Notes under the pieces: model-generated
Seen by the model: only the letters and a program-made list of their open reading frames with translations
Databases searched by the model: none
What the model was told of the DNA's origin: nothing
Position numbers and translations under genes: made by a program
Part shown: positions 35,040 through 47,741 of the stretch, piece after piece
How positions within the stretch are numbered: position 1 is the stretch's first letter
Layout: every line of letters begins with the position of its first letter
Source: Azolla caroliniana
Taxonomy: Eukaryota > Plantae > Polypodiophyta
Direction: 5' to 3'
Length of the DNA stretch: 64,000 bases
NCBI GenBank assembly: GCA_043228905.1
Contig: JBHGNT010000003.1
Coordinates: forward strand, 12,896,001-12,960,000

Positions 35040-35900
35040 ATAATATATTAGTTGTTATCAACAGGACTTGGATTTCTTCATTGCCGATATTGCTCATGTT
35101 TCCTGATGTTATTTGAGCATAGGAGTTTTGTAGAGTTGGTGTGTCCTCTGTTGGCACATAAATCTGCTCTTCTTTTGCTACCAAGAGAAGATTGTTAGTT
35201 GAATTCATTAAAGACTTTAATATTGTAAGATTTTCTACTGTAAGTTCATTTTTCAAAGGGGGCGATGAATTCTGTGAAGACAACAATGAAAATTATTCTC
35301 TCAGAATCCTTTTTTGTTTCATGATATGTCCTATGAAGCCATCTGAGTTTTTACTTCTTGTATATAAGTCCTGAATATCCAGGCTATGGATTTTAAAGTA
35401 CAAACCTTCCTTTCCTTAACAAAATAATCCAACTTCTGAAACAATAATTTGTGATAGCTCAAAAAGGTAAGTGTTTCCTTACTACTGTTAGTGGATGATT
35501 CATCCTTTGGGATGATATCATCAAAATATGGCCCACATTGCTTCAACAATTTGCACACATTCTGGTTACCGTCCAAATGGGATTGATGAAACAGTCTATA
35601 CTTCAGGATATCTTCAATAACACCCGATACCCGATATTTTCTGTTTCTCATCATCAACACCTAAAAACCTAAATTTTCCTAGCAAGCTAAGAAGACTTTC
35701 AAGCATTTTATCTACAATAGACTGAAAGACTTTGCGAGGATTAGGAGATGATCTCAAAAAAGAAACAAAACGTTGTAAAATAAGAATACTTAGATCAAAA
35801 AGTATATTCCCATTGTTTTTGATATATGTTGATGAGCAAAATATAGAAGCAATCCTTAAACATGAACTTGATCTCACACTGGTATAACTATTTCAGATTC
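35040..35900 (-). pseudogene. Captured, frameshifted host-gene fragment resembling plant Urb2/Npa2 (nucleolar pre-rRNA processing)
   Basis: Collinear peptides FVSFLRSSPNPRKVFQSIVDKMLESLL, IEDILKYRLFHQSHLDG, SYHKLLFQKLD and LLLVAKEEQIYVPTEDT recall plant Urb2 motifs (from memory). Confidence 0.55.
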
Positions 35901-36006
35901 ATGAACTGGATTTTTTACATTGGCAATTGAAACAGTATTTTGGTATCCAAATAGTTCAATTTCAGACATCACTAACAACTAAAGTTCAAGTACAATCGAA
36001 AGACAA

Positions 36007-39000
36007 TCAGGCACTAGAGGGTAACTTGGCCGATCTTGTAATGCGCTTGTTGTTGGTGCCAGATTTTTCTGATTTTACATTCTTCTTTATCTTAAAGCCT
36101 TTAGGTATGAGCTGACTAAGTGGCACTTCATCATCAGAGGCATCAGAGACAGGCGTGGATGCGCGGGCACCTTGTACTGGTGGCAAGCTTGAGAGAGCAA
36201 CTATGTTTTCTGCAACTGCAATGCTTGTACACAAATCCACAAAGGTGCTGTCGATAGACAAATTATCACTCATCTTCTGAATGCTTGTACTCCTAGCGAT
36301 CTTTATTGCCCTATCATCATCACCGATGCCTATACACTCGTTCTTATTAGACTCCTGAATGCTTGTACTCCTAGCGATCTTTATTGCCCTATCATCATCA
36401 CCGATGCCTATACACTCGTTCTTATTAGACTCCTGTATGTGGACCGTGGCAGTAGTCATGGTCAACTCCTCTTGTACGATGGATGTCACCTCATTCTTAA
36501 GACAACGTTGTTCGCTCTGAGTACAATCGGGCCCACCTTCATTAGTAACGTTGTTCACTCTACACTCCTCATGGGATTCTGTACAATCAGGCTTATCTTC
36601 AGGGAAAGCGATGTTCTTTCCACGATCCTCTTGGGCTTCACAAGACACTACTAGCACATTCTCAGTACAATCAAGCTCCTCTTCATTACTAGCAATGTTC
36701 TTTCCATGATCCTCATGGGAATCTTTAGATAGTACTAGCACATTATCAGTACAATCAGTCTTCTCTTCAGCACTTGCCACATTATCAGTACAATCAGTCT
36801 TCTCTTCAGTACTTGCCATATTCTTTCCACACTCTTCATGGGCTTCAATCTTCTCTTCAGTACTTGCCATATTCTTTCCACACTCATAGGCTTCTTTAGA
36901 CATAGTGTTGTTTGTACATGCCAGCTGCTCTTCACATATGAATGCTTCGTTTTTCTCACAATCCTCATGTGTGGAAGATGTGCTTCTAGAGTCTGCCTCC
37001 TTGCAAAGGTTAATTTGATTCTGACTCTGATGGGAATCTGATTCTGCACTTGTGCTCCATGAAGTTCCCGATTCATTTGATTGCAGTTGGGAATCAGACT
37101 GCTCTTGTAAACCTAATTAATGGGATTCCAAAGAATATTGGTATGAACTCACATACTCAAAAGTTTGCAAACAATGAACATAGGGTTTAGGGCCACATTT
37201 TTACCTAATGTTACATCGTCATACTGTACAGTCGTAGATACCCCATTGCAAGTGGTGGGCTCGGTCATCTTCTCCACAACATCTAGGTGCTCAACAGTGT
37301 TGTTATGATCTATAATAACAACAAGAATAGGGTTGTTATGAGCTAAATCATTGTTTTCAAAGTCTGGCTTTTGACGTGTACCTGGGAGTGTGATAAATTC
37401 GTCTTCATGATCAGGTTTTGGACTCGTATCTCCGTCACCAAATATCATTTCATCATCAGCTAGTAACACAAGTACATGGTATTAGACAATGGATTAGGTT
37501 GACAATGCTCCAGACAGGTGAGAACTTATATGACTCACCATTGCATTCAACTTTGCCTTTCTTGCCGTTTCCATACAACATTCTTGCAGCATTTCTCTTC
37601 TTACTGGGCTCTATTTGTAAAGAAACTGCATTTCTCTTCTTAGTGGGCTCTATTTCTTGATGTTGACCGGAGCTTGGGGAATTTGTTTGTAGAAGCATAT
37701 GTTCCACTGCTCCAATGGCCCTTCTCATACATTCATCCTCATCATAAAAATCATAGGTTATTGGTAATGATGGTCCCTGAACCTTGGAATGTGCAGCAGA
37801 TATTGAGGGTTTAGGCACAGGGGCTGGTTGTTCCATTACCTTCCCTGGCGTGGAGTTGCTTGACACTACAACATTCATTGCAAGAAACAAAAAAACCTTG
37901 AATGTTAGTACCATCATCTAAAATATTTAATGTAGGTCACAAGAGCTGCTTCCCATTTTACACAATGTACCAGTCATGAACAATGTACTACTCACATAGT
38001 TCCTAAATTACTGAACTAGTACTAATAAGGAACACTGTACTGCTCACTTAGTTCCCAATTTACACGATTAGTACTAATCATGCACAATATACACAAGTAG
38101 TACTAATCATGCACAATATACTACTCACTTAGTTACCAAATTACACAAGTACTAATCCCGAAAAATGTACCACTGACTAAGTCAAATTAATAAGTAGTAC
38201 TAATCTTGAACAATGTACTACTCACTTATTTCCTAAATCACTGAACTAGTACTAATCCCGAACAATGTAGTAGCTCACTTAGTTCCCAATTTACACAAGT
38301 AGTACTAATCATGCACAATATACTACTCACTTAGTTACCAAATTACACAAGGAGTACTAATCCCGAACAACGTAATGCTCACTTAGTTCCCAATTTACAC
38401 AAGTAGTACTAATCATGCACAATATACTACTCACTTAGTTAGCAAATTACACAAGGAGTACTAATCCCGAACAACGTAATGCTCACTTAGTTCCCAATTT
38501 ACACAAGTAGTACTAATCATGCACAATATACTACTCACTTAGTTAGCAAATTACACAAGGAGTACTAATCCCGAACAATGTACTGCTCACTTAGTTCCCA
38601 ATTTACACAAGTAGTACTAATCATGCACAATATACTACTCACTTAGTTAGCAAATTACACAAGGAGTACTAATCCCGAACAATGTACTGCTCACTTAGTT
38701 CCCAATTTACACAAGTAGTACTAATCATGCACAATATACTACTCACTTAGTTACCAAATTACACACGGAGTACTAATCCCGAACAATGTACTGCTCACTT
38801 AGTTCCCAATTTACACAAGTAGTACTAATCATGCACAATATACTACTCACTTAGTTAGCAAATTACACAAGGAGTACTAATCCCGAACAATGTACTGCTC
38901 ACTTAGTTCCCAATTTACACAAGTAGTACTAATCATGCACAATATACTACTCACTTAGTTAGCAAATTACACAAGGAGTACTAATCCCGAACAATGTACC

Positions 39001-41160
39001 ACTGACTTAGTCAAATTACACAATTAGTACTAATCCTGAACAATGTACTACTCAACAATGTACCACTGACTTAGTCAAATTACACAATTAGTACTAATCC
39101 TACAAAATGTACTACTCACTTATTTTCTAGATTACTGATCTAGTACTAATAAGGTACAAAACTAGTACTAATAAGGAACAAAGTACTACTCAGTTCCCAA
39201 ATTACAAAACTAGTATTAATCATGAGCAATGTACTAGTAACTTAGTTCACAAAGTACAGAACTAGTACTAATCATGAACCATGTAGTACTTACTAAGTAC
39301 TAATCCAACAAATGTAGATTGGTATTTTGCACACAAGTAATACTAAACATGATATGTCTTCTACACACCTAGTTACATAACTTGTACTAATTACACCAAC
39401 AGTATTAATCTTGAACAGTATTAGTACTAAACGTGATATGTGTTTGACACACCTCATTTCCAAATTACAATAATTGTACTATTATTCAACAATTTACTAT
39501 ACACCTTGTTCCCAAATTACATTACTAGTACTAATTCCCAAGTTACACAAACAATCTTAACAGTCAACAGTGTACTATAAGTATAGTGTTTACTAAACTA
39601 ATACTAGGCAAGTTGCAATATAGATTGGACGATGTTGTACCTAGTTCCCTTTTAGTACTACTAATTGTGGAAAATATCCCTTCAACTACACATACCAATT
39701 ATATATTAAGAGTACTGCCAATACTAACCCACATAATTAGGGTTCCACATAATAGTTGTTAGAGATTACACTAAATTTGAAGTATGAATTGTGGCATACA
39801 CTAGTTCTAGTCCAAATGTTAATTGACATCATATAATACAAACAATAGAATAGTAGAGCCACATACCGTACGGGTGTACTTTTAAACCCCAAGCATAGTA
39901 CCACTCAGCCGCAATTGTAGTTTTACAGTCCATACATGTATTCTCTTTCTCAAAATGATACTTAGCACATAGCACATGATATGTGTGCAAGCATGGTGTA
40001 ATCACAACATCCATAGCCTCCAGCTTGAATCCGAGGCCACAAAATATACACCTGGAAGATTGCAAACACAAGTTATAATATATTAGTTGCTCACTTATTT
40101 ATACCAAAGAAGTAGAAATAAATAACTTTTAAAACCAATACCGTGATATAGCTATACTAAAAATGGTACTTTCTATACCACTTGGGTGCTCAATTACAGA
40201 TGGACACAAAGTATCAAAACCATTTTGTTTTAAATCCTGCATCAAGCATGCAAGGTTCTCAGAATGCAACTTTAAGGCTGACAACTTATTATCTATTTCT
40301 TCATGTGCATTCCTGCAAGTATCAAGGTCTCTCATCAGTGAACCTAATTGAGTGCCCATATTGTTTAGCTCTTTCTTCAACTCCTCTTTCAACACCTCAC
40401 TTTCTGAATTTTGGATTGTCGATGCAATCCATTCATATGTAGTTTTTATTGAAGAAAATTTCTTTTCTGCCTGTATCTCAGCTGATTTAACTGCTTCCAA
40501 ATCAGCAAGTAGTGTTTGTATTCTTGAGCTCATAGAAGCTATGCAACCGGCCATCATCTGTTCATGCTTTTCAGTCATTGTGGCCCGTACCTTTGCCTCT
40601 AGAACTTGGTGGATAGGTGTTATAGCTAGAATATCCACATGAGAGGTTCCAGATGACTTCAAGCCAGTGTTGGTACTGGAGGACCCTTTGTAATGTTCTG
40701 ACCGGTGCCGATTAAAATCTTCCCAATTTACGTCAATGCCACCTTGAACTTCACATGCAAAAGCACGTGCAAAAACAGTACCCACCTCATTGTTAGTGAT
40801 TTGATTTGTATCATAAACATGTTCGTATCTCGTCTTCAATAAATTCATGTATTCCCTCTTCAAACCACTTATGTGGAATCCTCGCCTTGTGTCGGGATGT
40901 GCTGACCCCCAGGTTTTTAACAACCACTCTCTCAGCTCTGGATACACGTCAGGTCGTGCTCGAAGGAAATAATTCCATCCAAGAGGTGTGTCTCGACTGA
41001 TGGAGTGGTACATCTTCTTTCTCTGTGTTGATGAATTCATCACCCTTTCTCTTGTGGGTGTCTTCTTGCTTTCTTTCATGGGTGTCCTTCTTCCTTCCTT
41101 CACTGGTGTCTTCACTTTCTCTTTCATCAATGTCTTCTTTATGGGTGTCCTTCTCGTCAT
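36007..41160 (-). CDS. Transposon accessory gene, 5 exons (41160-40142, 40051-39867, 37865-37539, 37459-37205, 37112-36007), ~963 aa, coiled coil plus RING-H2 plus acidic repeats
   Basis: Four GT-AG introns all join in frame (total 2892 nt, no stop). RING-H2 pattern CIFC..PCLHTYHVLC..CMDC. Confidence 0.75.
37970..39650. repeat. 104-bp (2x52) tandem array with degenerate flanks in the accessory-gene intron
   Basis: AATCCCGAAC recurs every 104 bp at 38359, 38463, 38567, 38671, 38775, 38879 and 38983. Confidence 0.93.
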
Positions 41161-42184
41161 TGTCCTAGTCAACACAATTCTCAAGGAATGAATATGCATG
41201 TACTAGAAGAAAACTCAAGCAATTACCATCAACACATAGCAAATCATCTCATTGCATGTACAAACCATGTCAAACACACAATAACCCTAAATAGTCGGAA
41301 AAAAACTCATCCATGTCAAACACACAGACAATAAAAACAGACGGATAGGAAAGTCAAAGAAAACGAAAACATTGTAAATCATCATAGCCAACTCCATCAC
41401 ATCGCATGTACAAGCCATGTCAAACACACAAAAACCCAAAATAGTCGGAAAAACACTCATCCATGTCAAACTCACACAAAATAAAACAGATGGACAAGAA
41501 ACAAGAACAAAACGAAAACATAGCAACTCATCATAGCCAACTCCATTTACGTTGCATGTACAAACATGTCTAACACACAACCACCTCGATCAAAATATTT
41601 TCATACATTTTTAAAAGAAACACAGAGAAACACAGAGAAAACAAAAACATACCAGTTGGGCATGCAACACATAGACTATGAATAATCAAACCCTAAAAAT
41701 GACCATACACATGCAAATAAAAAACAAACAGACAGGAAACATTCAGAAAAAGAAAACATACCAGTTGGGCATGCAACACAGAGAATACCTGGAGGTTGTA
41801 CAACTTGCAGAGGTACCAGACCGTGTTGATTTCGACAAACGAGGCTGCTGCAGAGGAGACAAACGAGCATAGACAGAGGAAACAAACGAGCATGCACAAG
41901 GAAGGAAAATCAACAACACATACAACGAGCAGGGGAAACAAAAATCTCTGCATTCAGAGATCGAACCTGGCACAGAGGGGAACACAAGAACAGCTACGCA
42001 GGGAAACAGAGAATCGAAGGTGGAGTGAGAGAGAGAAACAGAAAGAAAGAAAGAAAGAGAGCTTTGAAAGAAAAAAACAGAAAGAATCGAAGGTGGAGTG
42101 AAAGAAAGAAACAGAGAGATAGACCTGTAATAGATATGTCGTCTTTCTTTAACTTTCTGCCACTGTCTGTCTGACAACTTCGAG

Positions 42185-42186
42185 AC

Positions 42187-42232
<46 letters not shown>

Positions 42233-42300
42233 GTGAGAGAGAGAGACATACCAATTGACACGTTCGACTACCCATACCAGAGAGAGAGAGAGAGAGAGAT
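42185..42300. repeat. (GA)n tracts, probably in the promoter or 5' UTR of the minus-strand accessory gene
   Basis: Directly visible; lie between the gene and the right TIR. Confidence 0.6.
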
Positions 42301-42545
42301 ACTGAGACTGACCAACTGTCACAATGGATACCTTCTCCAGGTGTGCTTTTGTACAACTCTACCTAGGAGACTGGGGCAACAATTAATGTATTAAATATGG
42401 CCTAGGGACATTTCGAGTGTGACGTACAATATCTTTGTGCATTCGAGTGTGACGTAATGAATTTGTTTTTTGTTTTTTGAAACTTATTTACAATTTTTAA
42501 TGTTTATTTTCTTCTTCGATTTAGTACTAAATTTTTGGCCAAAAG

Positions 42546-42572
42546 TTGGTACACCGTAGCATGCTTCGACCC
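42546..42572 (-). repeat. Right TIR
   Basis: Reverse complement is GGGTCGAAGCATGCTACGGTGTACCAA. Confidence 0.92.
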
Positions 42573-43215
42573 TTCATCTGCATGGCATTGCCTCCCCCTC
42601 ATTCGCTTGGCTTTGGCTTTGGCTTGCTTTTTTGGCTACTCGCCCTGCATTTGGCTAGGCTATGCTATACCTAGCCAATCTTCTTCAATTTGTCCTTTTG
42701 TCTGATGCATCCTTGGCTTCTTCAGTTGTTCCGGATGATCAAACTTCTTCAATTGTTTGGAAATCAAATTCTCATCCGATCCGGCTTCTCGAACATATCT
42801 CTCCTTCTCGCCTTTACTTTAGCTTTTGCTTCTCCCCGTCAAGTTCGGCATGTTGAGGTGACGTAGACCAAGCATACTCGAATTGGTTGTCTCCGATTTG
42901 TCTTCAGTTCGAGCTTACTTTTGTCCCTATCTCCGATTCGTATTCAGTTCAGGCCTTGACTATCTCAACCCAAGTCCTGGCCTTCTTTTGCATGGCTCTG
43001 CCTCCCCCTCATTCGGTTGGCTTTGGCTCCGGCTTGTTCCTTTGGCCACTCCTTGTGCATTTGGCTAGTCTATACCTAGCCGATCTTCTTCAATTCGTCC
43101 TTGTGTCCGACGCACCATTGGTTTCTTTAGTCGTTCTAGATGTTTTGACTTCTTCAGTTGTTCTGAAATTGAATTCCTCAACCGATTTGGCTTCTCGGAT
43201 ATCTCTCGCCTTCTC
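42573..43215 (-). repeat. Right part of the Copia-derived tandem repeat split by the Sola2 element
   Basis: Same unit as 27790-29467. Confidence 0.8.
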
Positions 43216-44482
43216 GAACTGGTACACACGGATGTGTGTTATGTAGATGCTCGGTCCCATCGAGGCGGACAATACTTTGTGACTTTCATCAATGACTGCA
43301 GTTGGAAGTTTTGGGATTTTGTGCTAAAGTCAAATCATCAAGTATTGTCATTTTTCATGGAGTTCTAGGCAAGTGTTGAACGGGAGTCAGGTCGGAAGTT
43401 GAAGGCTATCCAAACTGACAATCGTGGCGAATATAAAGGGAAATTCGAAGAATACTGCAAGGCCCAAGGTATTTGAATCAAATACACTATACTGAAGACC
43501 CCTGAGTTGAATGGGCTTGTAGAGAGGTTGAACTAGACAATCATGGAGAGAGTAAGGAGCATGATGTCGCATGCTAAACTGCCGAAAATATACTGGGCTG
43601 AGGCAATGTACGCGATTGTTTATCTGATCAACAGATCCCCCTAAGTACCGTTGAAAGGTGAAATCCCACGAAGGGTGTGGATAGGAAAGGATGTCTCCTA
43701 CTGACACTTGAGGGTGTTCAGATGCCTAGTGTACAAGCATGTAGCTAAGGATTAGAGGTCAAAGCTCAACAATAAGTCGAAACCATGCATATTCATGGGA
43801 TACTCAAAAGATGACTTTGGTTATAGGCTATAGGACCTAGTCGACAAGAAGGTAGTGAGGAGTCGGGACGTAGTCTTCTTGGAAGACAAGACGATACAGG
43901 ACTGGAAGCAAGAAATGTCAGAATCAACTAACCAGTCAACCTCCACTACTATCAACTTGAGGCCAAGTGAACTGACACAGTCAATTTTTCGGAGACAGCT
44001 AATTGGCATAGCTGAGTCCGAGTCGGTTGACTCGAAGAGACCGACTGACTATGAGTCTGAGTCGGTAGAGCTGTTAAGATTGATCAAGGAATACGAGTTG
44101 GAGTCGTCCAACCTTGAGAAGCCGATCGACATACATGAACCTGAGCCAAGAGTAGAGTCGATAAAGACATCCTAACTAAAGCCGACAATGAGTGGAAGGA
44201 GATACCCACTCAAAGAAAGGAGAGCACTGACAACATAGGCTAGTCAATACATCCTCGTGACTAATGAATGTGAGCCAGAGTGCTATGATGAAGCCATCGT
44301 CGAAAAGCATAGAGAGAAATGGATAAGCGCGATGCAAGATGAGATGGATTCTTTGCACGAGAATTATACCAACGACCTAGTAGAGCTCCCGAAAGGTAAG
44401 AGAGCACTCAGAAACAAATGGGTCTACAAGGTGAAGACTAGAGAAGTCGACAACGCGCCTAGGTATAAAGCCTGCATTGTCG
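43216..44482 (+). pseudogene. Decayed Copia integrase and RT start
   Basis: ELVHTDVC, YFVTFI, TDNRGEY, RSRDVVFLE, AMQDEMDSLHEN, KWVYKVK. Confidence 0.8.
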
Positions 44483-47400
44483 TTTCGGCCTCCGCACGTT
44501 AATCTTTACATGGTACCTGAGTGCGAGGGTTGAGAATCCTTTGCTTCTGACAAGCTTTCAACAGAGACTATCCTTAATCCCTAAACAAGTAGGGACAAGA
44601 AGAAAATGAACAGAGGAATGGGTGATTCTCTTCCAACAGAGAAGTTGGCTAGAAGCAACTACGAATCTTGGGAGTACAAGATGCACCAGTACCTGTTGGG
44701 GTAGGGTTACTAGAGTTACATCCATGGAGAAAATGAAGTAGCACCGAAACTAGCACACAAGGATTTTCTAGCGTGGGAGCCAGCAACAAGTAGAGTTTTG
44801 TAGTGCCTTGTATGTTGTGTGTAGGACTAGATGCTAGGCTACATTTGGGATGCAAAGACGCCGAAGCAGGTCTGGGAAAATGTGAAGAATATTTTCACCA
44901 CCAGTACCACGACTCGGAAGTTGCAGCTCTATTAAGAGCTCAACAATATCCCACAAAGGGATATGACGGTGATCGACTACACCAAAATGAAGGAATTTTG
45001 TGACGCCTTGGAGTTCATCAATGTAATGGTGGAGGACGAAATAGTGCAGATTTGCCTCGATGGTCTAGTTCAGAGTTATGGGCTGATCGGAACAGCTATC
45101 TCCACAAGGGAGAACCCATCGTCATTTATCAACCTACAATCGATGCTTATGGTCGTAGAGAACCACGCGGGTGTGTCAAGGATCACACAAAGGCTGATTG
45201 GCCTCGTGGTCGTGGGGGATGATATGGATCGGCATGCAATAGTGGCGGCCGACAAGAGCAGAACTAGAGGCATAATTGACATGCCGACAACAGTTCTAAA
45301 CCCTCCACAAGCAAAGGGGGGTCATGGTAGCCCTAGAAACCGGCAAGAGAAGGCCGAGACAAAATGTTGGTATTGTGGCGTGAAAGGCCATAGAGAAAGT
45401 GAGTGGTGGAAGAAGAGGTCTGATTCAGATAAACCCAGATCAAGCATAGCCGAACAAGGAAATCGGTAGAAATCGCACTATGTTGAAGGCTCGGAAAGAG
45501 CCGGAAAAGGCCCAGCCTTTGTGATGAAGCACAAGGATAACTTGATGAAGAGAAGCACCTCGAAACCGAACGAGGTGTGGTATGTTGATTCCGGAGCGTC
45601 AAACCATATGACGAGCCACAAAAAGTAGTTCTCATATTTGGAGAAACCGAAACAACCAGGGGTAGTCAGAACCGGTGACGACACCTCGCATCCCATCAAG
45701 CATGTCCATGATGTCCCCCTGAGCCATGTTGGACAGAAGGGGGGGAGTCTAATGAACATCTTGCATGTTCTGACACTCACCAAGAACTTAGTGTCGGTCA
45801 AATAGATGGTCGACCAAGGGATTCAGGTTTGGTTCACACACCTCGGATATTTGATCGAAGAAGAAGGCCAGATCATCGTACAAGGACGCCGAAAAGGGAG
45901 GATGTTCATCCTGAACACAAATGATGTAGGCACCGCAATGTTTGCCGAAGGACAAAGAGTCGAATCCGATATCGATTTATGGCATAAGAGGAATTGCCAT
46001 GTCAACTATCAAAGGCTTCAAGAATTGCATAATCCATTTGGATGTGTGGGGACCGGCACAGAATGTGAGTCTCGGTGGGATTCAATACTTTGTCTCCTTC
46101 ATCGATGACTATAGCTAACACGCATGGATTTACCTAATAGAGAAGAAGAGTGATATCTTCTCTTGTGAGGATGAGACCAATGAGTTCGACATGATCCGGG
46201 AAGAAGAGGGAGAAAAAGTAGAAGATATCGGCACTCTAGAGGAGAGTCTGATTTCATTCCGTCTGAGTGGCCTGAATGAAGAGTCAAGTCGGAGTGACCA
46301 GCCGAACGAAGAGCAGACGAGCAGTGATGACTCAACCGTGCAATCCCTGCGCAAAGAACTGAGGAGATGGTATACCGCAATGAGAAGGGAAAGATGAAGA
46401 CGCCGGAGTATGACACATGCAAAGGTGCATCAGATCTAGTAGAATCCAACACCAATCGGAATAAAGAAGGACCTTAAGAGTTGAGGTGAGTTGTGGTCAA
46501 GAGGGCCTTGAAATCGGTGAATGAGATATTACCCTAATCGACTCGCCACAAGAACTTGGTAATTTGGTACAGATATAACTTATCCATGGCGCATCACTAT
46601 GCGTACATGATGAAAGTGGCAGAACTCCGCGAGCTGGAGAGCTATGCAGAGGCATCGTAGGATGCCAAATGGCGATCAGCCATGGAGGAAAAAATTTGGG
46701 CACTTGATGCCAACAAGACATGGGACTTGGTTGACCCTCCCCACCATTACAAACAGATCGGATGCAAATGGGTGTACAAGATAAAGGATAACATTGACGG
46801 TTCGGTCAACTGGTACAAGGCTCGATTGGTGGCCAAAGGATACGCGTAGACCCATGGCATTGACGATGATGAGATCGTCGCACCATTGGTGAAGATGACA
46901 ACAATCCGTGTGGTGCTAGCGGTAGTAGCGGCAAGGGGGTGACATCTCCACCAGATGGAAGTTAAGAATGTGTTTCTTCAAGTCAACCTTGAAGAAGAGG
47001 TATTTATGGTCCAACCCCCTAGTTTTCAGTCGGAATTGAATAAGTCGACTGTATGTAGACTAAAGAAGTCGCTTTACAGCCTCAAGCAAGCCCCCTGTGC
47101 TTGGAACTTGAAAATCACGGACCGGTTGCATAAGATGGGATTTGCAGTCTCAAAGTCTAACTCTTCTTTGTTCATCCAAAAAAGTCCAAGCGGTCTAGTG
47201 TGCATATTGTTGTACGTGGACGACCTGGTTAATGCCAACCCTAACCTTGCTGAAATCAGCCAAGTCAAGTTCCAGTTGTCGGATGCATTCAAAATGAAGG
47301 ATTTAGGGGACCTTCATTACTTCCTCGGGATCAAAGTGATCCACACCCCTGATGGCATATTGCTTACTCAACGACACTATGTCTTGAATATGTTGTACAA

Positions 47401-47741
47401 ATTCGGCATGACAGATTGCCGATCCATCTCTACTCTTGTCCATAGAAACCTGAAGTTTCGTCATGACTCGAGAGCAACCTCCGATGAGAAATGGTTCCAA
47501 CAAATTGTCAGAAGCCTAATTTATCTAACCATCACTCGACCGATCAATGTGATAAGTCAGTTCATGCAGAGATCGAGAGTCGAGCACCTTTAGTGCACAC
47601 ATCAAATATTACGATATGTAGGTGGCACGAAGGATCATTATTGTATTGGCATGGTATAGTCCAACAACTACCCAACTATACTAATGCTTACTAGGCTAGA
47701 GACACCATGGATCAATGGTCGATATCAGGTTTCATGTTCTC
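44483..47741 (+). pseudogene. Decayed Copia internal region (PBS-like TGGTACC at ~44511, gag, PR, partial INT, RT)
   Basis: CWYCGVKGH, WYVDSGASNHM, LWHKR.CH, LYSLKQAP, LLYVDDL, KDLGDLHYFLG. Confidence 0.8.

Larger units (their letters stand above)
29468..42572. mobile_element. 13.1-kb Sola2-type cut-and-paste DNA transposon with two genes
   Basis: 27-bp TIRs (24/27 identical) starting GGG and a 4-bp TSD TTCA (29464-29467 and 42573-42576). The flanking repeat rejoins across the insertion, and a transposase lies inside. Confidence 0.9.

Noticed and set aside
29468-42572. CACTA, MULE, piggyBac or Kolobok identity for the DNA transposon
   Set aside because: No CACTA ends or 3-bp TSD, no 9-bp TSD or long TIRs, the TSD is TTCA rather than TTAA, and the catalytic motifs fit Sola2.
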